Part shown: in pieces, positions 39,801-51,800 of the stretch
Layout: each line of letters starts with the position of its first letter
Position numbering within the stretch: the stretch's first letter is position 1
Assembly: GCA_963924565.1 (NCBI GenBank)
Contig: OZ004612.1
Location: forward strand, 28,582,001-28,646,000
Direction of reading: 5' to 3'
Source of the DNA: Ascidiella aspersa
Taxonomy: Eukaryota
DNA length: 64,000 bases
The notes under the pieces: model-generated
Told to the model about the DNA's origin: nothing
Database searches by the model: none
What the model saw: the letters and a program-made list of their open reading frames with translations, nothing else
Position numbers and translations under genes: made by a program

Positions 39801-42800
39801 CAATGGGAGCTATTACGAACCCGGGTAAGATGGACATTTATTTGTTTTTATATTTTTATCGGACCCAGGTAGTTTGGTAAATGTTAATATGTTGTCAAGT
39901 TGGTGTGTATTATGACGTGCTTTGTGTTTTAGGTGGAACGGTGCATCAACCAATCAAAACGCGAATCACAGAAGTGGCGGGATCACGAGGATGACGTCAC
40001 GAAACTACGTCACTGGGCCGAACAAAGTTTGAAGGTGAGCTACTTCGCTTCTGATGTGATACAAACGGATATTAAACCGGTTTATTTAGGGATATATCAA
40101 TAGTGGAAAAATGCTAGTAAATATATCTTCACCTATATTATATTCCAACTGGAGCGTGTATGTTTGTGTGTTGGAGATGCAACAACGCTGAATAGAGAGC
40201 GAACCGTAATCAAACGAAAATATATCTTTAACTTTTTTGTATTTTACTCAAACATCACAATTTAAAACAAAATATTTTTTGGTAGTTTTGTTATACTTTT
40301 TTTAAGTTTATTTTGCCCGAAAACTTTAAATTGACTTTATTCGTACCTTTACTTGTGTTGATACAAATACTTTTTTTAAGTTTTTCAAAGCTTTTCGCAT
40401 TTAATCTTCAATCTCTCCAGTCATTAGTTTTGTCCTTTAATTTAAGTTTATTCTGTTAAAAAACTCAGCTGTGGCTAATTTGTTTCTTTACTCTTATTAC
40501 TTAAAATTCAAAATATTTTAACATTTCACCTTTCACCTCTCCAGTCATTGGACGAGGATTCCGCGTCACCGCGAATGGGGTCACGTGCCTTTGTGACGTC
40601 AACAATAGGCCACGTGCTCGCGATGGAAGAAGAACTGAAATCGAAACGCGAAGAAATCGAAAATCTGCAAAGCGTCTATCTTGGTAAGTTAGCATTTTCC
40701 ACAGACGCGATTTTCAAGATATATTTGTTTAGCTATGTATTAGGTCAAGTCAGTTAAATTTGTGATTCTCAGCGTTTTTGGAGGTCATTTTGAAAACCTT
40801 GTTTTACCTTTCAATAGACTTTAATCAATCTTCGCGGCCAACATTTACTGAGTATTTTTATTAGTTGATTTTACATTTTAACTGGCATATCTATGACACT
40901 GACAGTGGTTCTGGTACGATTAAAATTCATTCCAAATCACACAAAAAATCAATTTTACACTGAAAAAACGTCGAACGTTCTGTTTGCCTAAACCTATAGA
41001 AACAATTGAAACAGCTCAGCCATGTGTTTGGCCGTCGTCTTGGCTTCTTGTAAATTGCATTAGAGGTGCAAGCTGTAGGGGTGAATGTGTGTTAGTTTTG
41101 CCTTGTGTTACCATACCGTCAACAGTAAAACTAATAATTCGACAGCGTTCTTTTTACTATACTGATGGTGTGCTGACTAGGTTAACTCCTTTAAATGAAC
41201 ACCAACGGATTATTGCACGAATTCACTTAACGTTTTTATACATTGGAGGAAGTTGTTGGTTCGCTTTATTAGGCAGCCTTTTGAAAAGCTAAACATTTAT
41301 TAATGTACAAACTTCTCTTTCAGATCTCGTTTCGGATAAAAACGTCGGCCACAAATCCTGGTCAGTAGCGTCAAGTTCAGACAACCCTGGTGTACCGGAT
41401 CTGGAAAAAACCTTCTCGATGCTGGAGCAGGCGATTGCTAAACGAAAAGAGCAACTAAACAACTTTAACCAGATCTGGAAAAAGTACGTTTAACCATCAC
41501 TAAACGGGCGTTGGCTAGAAAGAGTACCTCTACAAGACATTTGAAAGCAAATGAAAAACAGCATATTTTTTGCAGAGAAATTAAAAAAATACATTATTAT
41601 TTGAAGATGAATCTTAAAATATAAGTTTTCCATATCAAAACATTGCTAAAATGAAATAAACCTAACTGTCTGCTACATTATGAAGATTAAGCTAACCTGC
41701 AAGAGTTTTCTTCTTCCAAAGAGTATAAAAAGTTGACTTAAATAATAAATAAGATAGAATAAGGTTGAAAGGTATTATGGTTAAATTCTTATTCCTAATT
41801 TTCTTGCTTCTATAATAGTTTTAGTTACTGTACAATGAGAGATATTGTGTTATATGCTTTGCCTTCCAGATATTCCAATGCCGAACAATTTGTGTCCGAC
41901 CACCTGACGGCAGCAGAGAGGTTCCTCACAACCGACCAATTCACCTACGGGAAATCCCCTGACAAGATACGAAAGCTCCAAGGTAAAGTGATTCAACCAA
42001 TTAGCATCTTGGTAGTTGATTGTTAGCCCAAACTGTCTGTGGCGAACATTTACAAACAACGTATTCACGTTTTACGTCACTTTGGGAGTTATACATTTCC
42101 CCATCAATTGCTTTAATTTATAATTGCTTCAACAGTTTTGCACCTATCCCACTAGAAGCTTTTTTTTAACAATTTTCCAGCCACTAAAGCCTACATCATA
42201 ACATTTTTCTCCAGATGCCCTCGATGCGTTGGAAAGTCAGAGGTTGCAGGTTCAACTCTTGGCTGTGGAAGCCGACTGTGTTGTGGCAAGTTGCCACGAG
42301 GAAGTGGGAGACCACGTGCGCGCTAAGGTCACAGACATCAATGCAAGGTCAGCCACAATTACACTCTTCCTTTTTTTTCCATTGTAACCAATTGTTCATC
42401 CTAATATTTATTATCGTACAAAAAACAGCCTTTGTAGACAATTTAACCATTGGTGGGTATTTTGCCGACATTTTGCATATTTCTTTAACAAAAAAATAGT
42501 CATTTTTTGGTTTTATCAAAGTTAAATCTATAGGGTATCTAACAAAGCGTCTGAAAAAAATGATTTTATTAAAATGTATTTTTCCAAAATCCAACCATGT
42601 TAATATTTTGTTAAACGCTTTACTAGATAAAGGTTGCCAAAAATTTACTCAATACTAACATGGCTGATTTATCAAAAAATATCCCTTGGGAAGTTTTTTT
42701 TTGTTTGATCGATACGACAATAGAACTAACGATATTATTCAACCAGGTGGAACGATATATCGTCGAGTATCGTGGCCCGGATCGAGCACCACCGCGAAGT

Positions 42801-45800
42801 TATCGACCTTAAGCGGGAATACGATGAGAAGGTTTTGGAGACGGACACTCGAGCCGACTCACTGAGATCAAGGGTCGCGCAAGTTGTTGGCGGGGATTCC
42901 GTGATCGAAAGCCCGCGGGATTTGCTCATGAAGGCTGAGGTAGGTAGTCCGACATTTTTGGAAATCAATACGCGAAACAGAATGAATATTAAGCCCATAT
43001 AGAAGTAGGTATTTTGTAAATGTTTGGAATAATTAAATCAATGTGGAGCCCAATAAAGAATTCGAAGCTTTCAAATTGCTACCTATACTCCTCTGTGTGG
43101 GCTATATATTCTACAACAGGGGTTCTTAAACTTGTTTTACCACGGACCTCTAATCTTTTTTTAGCTTTGCATGGACCCCGGTACGCAAGAAATGCTCCAG
43201 AATGACGTCACAATACAAATAGATTTCATAACTCTGTTTATTTCGGTCCGAAAAATGTGAAAGTTAAATGGAGTCTAACTATACATTCAGTGCAAAACCG
43301 TTTAATTTTTAATTAAAGTGTTTTCTTTGAAAAATTAATAACTTTTTAAGTGTACATTAGTTTTTTAATTAGGCCTTCATGGACCCCCTAAAACTAGTTC
43401 ACGGACCCCCAAGGGGTCCATGGACCCCAGTTTAAGAACCCCTGTTCTACAATCTCCAGCAATTATGCTCCAAAAATCTATATAATATTTCTGTTCTTTT
43501 CCATTGTTTCCAGGACGTTAATCTAAAGCCATGTATCTCGGTATCAACGCGATATGTTTTGTTTATTTTACAACTTTGGGTCAGCATTAGTTAAGTTGAT
43601 ATAATAAAACAAGGCGCTAAATAAAATATTTATTCCTCGTTAACCTTAATTTATTTCGGTGTTAGCGTGGAATTAGTTCAATACGATTTTTTAGGCATCC
43701 TAAAAAATATTTGATAAGGTTGTTGTCCAACAAAACTTATAAAATTTATCTGATATTTACTTAATAAAAAAATCAATTCCTAATATTTTTAAAAAAAGGT
43801 TGTGATGGGCTCGCAAAATTTAATGTTTACTGCATTTTTAAAAAGTGGAATAATATAGCTTGATAATAAATTGCATTGTTGACATTAACTGAAGATGATA
43901 CAAGCTCGTATCGAAACGTCTTAATCAAGATGATGTCGATCTACTCAATTTTGGCTTTGCAATTTATCATCAAGCTACATTACCGATCCGTGCATAGTGT
44001 ACCCAAATGCAATAATGTAACTTGTTTAACCTTTTATTACCTATTTAATTACAGAACACGCGTTACAGTTTAACCCCAAAAAACGAACCTTCAATTTCCC
44101 TATAATTACTAACTCACACCACTCCCATTTTTTGTTTGTTGTCAGGGTTTGGAGGAAACGTGTGAAAAGTTGCGGGTCGCCCTCACCACATTGGAAGGCA
44201 TTTGCTCGCGCGCTGAACAAGCTAAGCAAACACAACTGGCCGCCTCCATGGCTGCCAGCAACGCAAGGTAAAACAGAATTGGTTGTACCAATGCTTTAAG
44301 GTTAATATGGAAAAGCAGCATTTAGATATATACTATTATGAACGCAAGCTAGAAATACAGTTTACAGTCTTACGTTGTTCTCTGTTGATATAGGATAGGT
44401 TCTTTTTTGCACAACAATTCATCATTTTTAATTTTATCCAAGTTTTTAATTTATCCGTTTTGCTGGTATTCGAGCAACGCAAGGTAGATAGAAAAATTTG
44501 TTTATACGAGTTTATTCTGGATTATTTACGGTTTTAATGCTTTCAAGGCATTTCAGGAATCTGGTATTCAAGTGCTATTGATATTTACTTGAAAATGTCT
44601 AAAATACAGTTTGCAGTTTCGACGTGATAAAAAACAAATTTTCATAAACTAGAATTTTTGCAGAATTTGTTGCCTTGTCTATAAGCGCAAAGTTCCATAT
44701 AAAATTTGTGATTTAAAAAAAGAAATTTATTTAGTTATGTTTTTACTGCTTTGTGAGTGATACAAGTAATTCTGTATATTATATAATATTTAGTTTGAAA
44801 ATTTAGACAAGCCTATTTTCCGTGGTTTAGTTTGAGTAAATTTGCTTACAATTTAGACTTTCTGTTATTTTGGTAACAGAAAATTAAACTATACTTTATT
44901 CCAGTGTAGCTTATAAAAAATAAACTTGACTTGGTCAAAGTGTTTCAACGATTTAATAAAACTTTTTTATCTTTTGTTTATTTTAACAAAATTTGATTTA
45001 CATTTTAGTTATTACATGTTTCGTGTTATTTATCATTGGCGCAAATTCCCGTCCAACAGAATTTCCGCCAAAGTAGTTCGAATTATCCGCACTGCCAGAG
45101 TGGCGGTAGAGAGCATGCGCGAGTTGTCGACTATATCGGATGAGCTGAACGATAAGATCGGGTACATGGATGCCTGGATGAGCGAAGCGCAAAACACCGG
45201 AAAAGTAGAAGACGCTGCAAAGGACAGAAGAAGCATAGAAGTGAGTTTAAGATGTAAAACGTATCATTTAATGAATAAACTGAGGCATTTCAAAATTAAG
45301 CCTGATACTATTACAGCCACCATCATCGACTTAGTTTTAAAAAAGTTAACGATATTGAATTACTTTTAGTATAACATTTGTGATTTGTAAACAAAAATGT
45401 TCAAAGAATGCCTTAATATACATAATATGCTGTTTTTTGTACATTTCGGGTTTGTACAGTCATTGCCCAAACTATGTTTTCTCTATTTACCTTTGCTCCT
45501 AAAAGTTGCTGTCATTGAAGCGTTATTCAAAACTTTATATTGATTAGGACTATCATTATATTTATGTAGATAAGACTTTTTTGTTATTATTTGCGTGGTG
45601 AGTAAAAAGATATGAAAATAATTTCTAAAATATTGCAAAAAATAAAAAAAATGAGGGAAAAACTCTATAACAATTTCTAAATGAAGTGCTTTGAAAAAAT
45701 TTTTATTGCAGAACGATTTTTAAATACAAATTTTTTTTCTTTTAGCTATTCATATTAATAAAATGCTATTTAATAATAAAAAAGAAAACAAACACTTTAC

Positions 45801-48800
45801 CGAAATGCACAACGTTCATTTTCAGACGAACCTGGAGGAATTACGCGCACAGCTTCAGGCTTTCAAAGCTTACTCCCACACTATGGATGACGTCAATCGA
45901 CTGGCTCACAAACTACCAATGACAGATCGACACGTCAGCAAAATACAGGCGCTCAATGAAAGATGGAAAGAATCAATTAAAAGCACGTGCAAGAAGTGAG
46001 TTCAGTCTATTACTTCACAATACGTATTTGCAACACTGCACAGGTAACAATTTATACCGAAGTAAACTGGTTTTAGAGGAATTTCGCTCACCGCTAAAAG
46101 TTCATTTTTACTCTCGTATAGATTTCACAAAGTTGTGCTAAAATTAAATTGCTGTGGCAAAATCTCATTCTTTTGGTAACTACAGATATAAACACACACA
46201 AAAAAACTTTTAACAACAACAAAACGTTGCCCAGTTGTATTTCTACAAAGTTCTTCGTTTTCAAAATATCAACGAGGTATAACGGTTGCTTTATCTAAAC
46301 ATTGGACGTTATGCGATATTAAATAGTTCTTAGGATGAGTGTTTTTGTTTGAACACTTTTTGTTACATTGGAAAATTCAATTTTGGGGTTACGTTACTTT
46401 TTTTCTTAGTTAAATTCTTAAAATTTAAGCCAAAAATACTTAATAGAACAGTTGTTTGACATAAGAATTGCAGTAAAAAATATTCAGTAAGGTCATTGGT
46501 TTGTTTAGAAAACACAATATATTTTTAATCAATAAGCCTTAGGCAAGAAACCCCTACATTTCATTCCAGGTTCGGTGTCCATCTGACGACTCTCTTGCCC
46601 CACCTAGAGTTTAAGGACAAGTGTGAGCGTTGGATTTTATTTGTGACGCAAGCGGAACGTGGACTGGTGGCCGACCTGCCATGCTCCTACAGGGGATTGC
46701 TCGAACAAGCAAGGTAATCTAATATAAAGAAAGTTAAAAAAAAAAGCCAGCGCTATGATGGAACGCAAAATTGTGAAGCATTCCTTATTTTTTAAAAACA
46801 AAATATCCAGATAATGTGGTGTGAAACTTACATGATAGCCTTGATATCTTTACCAATTACTTGATATGGCTAAAAGACCCCATGAAAAATATTATGAGCA
46901 TGCTAGATAAAAACAAGTTAAATAATCTTCTTTCTGACATGTGTTACAATTCAGGCTAAATTCTTATTTTAGAAAACGTATTTCAGCGAATTGTTGACCA
47001 ATTTACAAAATAAGAGCTTAACAATAATCTCTGTTTTACAATCTGGATAAAATAGTATATCAAAACAACTTTAACTAGTATACAGAAAAATCTAACCGCT
47101 TTTGAGTTTGACTGATAAAACCTATATTAAAACAACTTTAGTTTAACAAGGTTTTCTGTTCTAGGTCCTATGACCTTTTCATCGTCGAGAGCGGCGCGCG
47201 ACAGCAATTGTTACGTCATATTATTGACGAGGGTGAACAAATGCTCAAGGAAAATGTCGTCGACGATAGGTAAGAAATGCCAGGACGCAAACTGAAACTT
47301 GTGTTGTCCATTATTATCAAAACAAAGCCAAGTGGTAGTATCGCCCCTCGTCCGATACCAGGGTAGTATCTGTGCCGGTCCTACGCTAAATTATTTGTAA
47401 AAAATGAATTTCTGAATTAATAATACTTTAAATGGTTAGATGTACTTCCTACTAAAATCATAATAAATTGAATAAAAGCAGTGCGAACAAATTTATTAAT
47501 AAAAATTTTGTTAATATAAATAACCTTACAACTCAAAAAGCAATAAATAATAACTACAAGAACTAATGGTAATAACGAAAAAATCAAGCCATATTTTCTA
47601 TGATGTTTTTATGCTTAAAATATCAATATTTAATAAAATCTCACGCTTATAAAAGTTCTCAAACGATTTTTTTAATTTTTTGTTAATTTGTTTTTATTTT
47701 AAATTTTTTAAATCAATCTCCTTTTTTGGCAGAGTTGAATTCCGCAACAAACTTTCCTCCCTCGACAAACAATGGAGCAGGGTTCTCCGCAGTGCGCGAG
47801 AGCGCAAGTCAGTCGTCGACGCTGCCATAGCAACCTGGCTAGACTACAAGCAGCACAGCGACCTTGTGACTTCATCGACTCGTCTGTGTGACGTAGAGAT
47901 GACGAAGTTCGACAGGGAACTTCCGGTGGTTGGACTTGCGCCAACAACCCTCGCTGAAATAATGGTGAGTGGAAACATAACTTTTACTTTGTTATCATGT
48001 AAAAAACAAAATTAATTATTATTCACTTCAATTTAAATTTTTTAAATTTCAAACTTATTAATTTTTCGGGAATTAAAGTGCTTTGTTGCATTTGACTGAA
48101 AACAACCTATGGGTTATTTTAGCTTCTAATAATAACATAAAACAACACCCAACAAAAGTATATTCAGACGACAAACACGCTCAATGTGTAAAAGTAATAT
48201 GTCGAAATCTAAGTACATTTTAATTATAGTAAAAATTGTTGTCATAGGTTTAAGTCGACTTTTTTATTGAATTCAGAGCAACAATACTTAACACACTTTG
48301 CTTCAAAGTTGGTAAATACGCGTTATATCAGGTGCTAATCCCAAGAATTGCAGTTGAGCAAAACTAAACAACAAAGATTATCGTTTTTCAGGAATGTTTA
48401 ACAGAAAAATTTAGGCCAATTCAGGACATACGAAAATAGCGGCTTAGAAGCCCTTACGGCACTAAACAACATTAACGTGACCTTTAAGGAGCTTGAGTCT
48501 TCAACCGACGCTGGAATCTGCTCTGCGATGTTGGATTCCGGTCACCGCGTGATGTCGCTAGTGAGGGGAGATTTTCACGCTCGACTGAAGAAGGAAATTT
48601 CCACTTGTCACAACGACTTCCTAAACGCCAACCACGCCGTTAAGGACAAGAGGTTGAATAAAGAACTTTGTATTAAATATTATATGATTAGTTTTAACAT
48701 TAATATGAGATGCTGTTCTCAAGCGTTGAAAAGCAAAGTTTTGTACAGCCGTTTTTTTAATTTTGTATTATATTTCAATTTTAATTTTGATTTATTCATT

Positions 48801-51800
48801 TTTTAAATTATAATCAACAAATTTTTAAGAAAGTTTTGGTCAGTGGTTGTAAAACTGAAAACGTTAAGAAAAGGAAGTGGTCACTAATTGAATCTTTTTA
48901 CCTAAGACCATTCATTATTAAAGCGAGTAATCAAAATCATCTTTTTTTTTTTCGATTTTCTCTTTTTAGCCTTTTAATATTTCCGCATCTGAGCATTTTT
49001 GATCTACAACTTGTACATCATTCAGTGTGACGTCATCATTTTTGACATGACGTCACATTGGTTGAAATAACGCATTAAGCAAAACATTGCTTAACCGGTT
49101 TACTTTATTCCACAGACGCCAACTTCAAAACATCGTCAACAAATGGGATGTGTGTGACGCCAAGATCAATGACGTCATCACTTGGTTACGTCAGACGCGC
49201 GAGATGCTCGGCGCCGCGATGCCCGTCACGCTCGAAGACCTCCACGCGGAGGCGATAAAGTGTCGGGACAGGGAAATCACCTTTGAGAGGAATCCGGACA
49301 AAATGAGGTTCGTGAGGTTTTCGGGTTGGTTTGGGGTTTAAATGAAAAAAAGACCAACATTTTATTTGTTATTGAATATTATTTAAACTTTTAGTCTAAA
49401 GAAAATATGCTTCTGTTTGAAGTCATCGTAGTCATGTGCTAGCATGGGAGGGAAAATATCCTTTTTATAAACATTAATTTGCCACGGTTTGTTTCCTATT
49501 GGTATTTCGTCGTAAGTAACATAATATTGACAAAGGCAGTAATATTCAACTGAATTTTTTTTGGTCAGACTGATGTTTGTAACTGTTTTCTTTGGGGGGG
49601 GGGGATTATGGCAGTGTTTTCCTTTTATGCCGTTTTGAAAGCATTTTTCTGTTTACTTTTACCAATCGAAAACAGGCCAAGCCTGTAAACAACTGTTCTA
49701 GTGTTTTTAAGGTGAGCAACTACACAAATGCGCAGCACGACAAGAACATTTAAATATCACCTTTTGTGCACTTGTACAATCATCTATGCATCAGCAGTTA
49801 TCACATAAACGCAATTATACATAAAAATCGGAAAGGCACAACTTTTTTTTTGTGGATAAATCAAAGGATAAGCCGATGAGACAAACTCCACTTTTTCTTT
49901 TTATAGTCCAGTACTTTTAATCCTAAAATAAACTATACATCGTTTTTAATTTCACTTTAGAACGATCGAAAAACTTTCCAACAACCTCCCTGATCTTGTG
50001 TCACGTGCCGACATGTCACTCATGCGTGAACGAATCTCATTGGCTCGCGCACTCTGGCATGACGTGCGCAACGAAGTGGAACAGAGGAAAAGATCCGTCG
50101 AAGAAAGGTGAGATTTATATTGTTTTCCTTTTTGGTATTTTAACTGTACTTTATCTTTTTTTTTAAATAGTTTTACAAGTCAGAGTTTTTATTTTTTTAA
50201 ATTTCAACAAGACAAAATTAATTTGTGTTCATCATTTTTAAACTGTCGTCGGGTTTGGTATATTGTATTATTTAAAATTATGTTTAATTTATTGAAATTT
50301 TTCACTATTAGCCTGGATTTAAAGCTTATTTTTTTTAATATTTTTAAGTTTAAATGCCCTTGGTGACGACTCAATTAGATTTGGTTGAAAATAAAATGTG
50401 TAGCCATGAAGTTTGCCCAACTTACGTTTTTCAAAACTCTTCAACCACATGATGTTTCGTATTACAGAATTAACTCTTGGAACGAATTCGGCGAGAAATA
50501 TCGAGATCTTTGCGAATGGCTGTCCGACACTGAGCGCAAGGTGGCGCAATTGAGTGATTCTGACGCCGAGGAGTTTCTCGAGAAACTCCAAAAGGTTTGT
50601 TGTTAGTTTCCACTTGTTTTTTCGTTGCTGTTTCTTTACAAATATGGGTGTTCTTGCTGGCAGATTGCATGTGTAAATTATTCTGCTAAGCATTACAAGC
50701 TATGCTTTAAAACAAAGTTATTTACCCTTTCCCGCTTAGAACAACTTGGCTGGAACATAAACTCTTTGACTAAACTGAGGTACTTCGACTGACTTTGGGA
50801 CCTAATAATCTTTCTAGTTTGTTCTGCCCTTGCAGTTATTTAGCTTTTCTTCTCGATAAGGTGCACTTGACTTTAACTGAACTTAGGGACTTCACCTGGC
50901 TTACGGTCTTCAACTGAAAAATATTCCTAGATTGTTAGGCCCTCGCAGTTATTTACCTTTTTATTCGACTAAGGACAACTTGGCTTGGTACATAAACTAT
51001 TTTACTAAGCCTAGGGACTTCAAGTGACTTAGGGGCTTTAACCAAGTAATCTTTCTAGATTGTTCTGCCCTTATAGTTATTTAACCTTTTATTCTACTTA
51101 GGACTTTAACTGAACTTGACTTAGGGACTCAGGGACTTTACTTTAACTAATAAATATTTTTAGATTGTTCCGCCATCGCAGATATTTAACCTTTTATTCT
51201 ACTTAGGACTACTTGGCTGGCGACAGTTTGGACGACAAGCGATCACACCTCGAGAAACTCGCCTCCTTGCTAGCGCCACCTGCCGGAAGCGACAACGAGG
51301 TCGAAAGAAAACTTAAGAAGATCACCGATAGGTGGCAGTATTTGGAGGGACTGGCTCGTGCAAGGTTGGTACAAAACGAGTAGTAACTCTGGTTATGAAA
51401 CTTATTTTGTCTTGGACCATTAACGAGTGCTACTCATCAAATCGAGTAGAAACTTTACTCTAAAAAATTAAAAGAAGTACAAAACGAGTAAATACTCTGG
51501 TTGAGAAACTTGTTCCGACTCGGACGAGTAACGAGTGACTCATTAGCTAATTGGTTACAGGTTATGATTTCATTGTTTTAATTATTTTGTGGATAGTGTT
51601 GTTAGAAATGTCTACATTAACTTCGAAAAGGTATTTTTTTTCCTAAACATATAAAAACCCAATAACATAAACGCAACAAAAGGTTTTTTTGACATAATTT
51701 AATGTTCGGTTACAGATTGTAATGTAAACTTTTTTTATGGAAAGTCTTGTCATAAAGTCGCAAGAACGTAACCATACTTTTTTAAAGCTATACCAGCTCC

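Noticed and set aside
48392-48404. Stronger-looking acceptor ttttcag at 48390-48391 for w63
   Set aside because: It leads to an in-frame TAG within 16 codons; 48405 keeps the frame.
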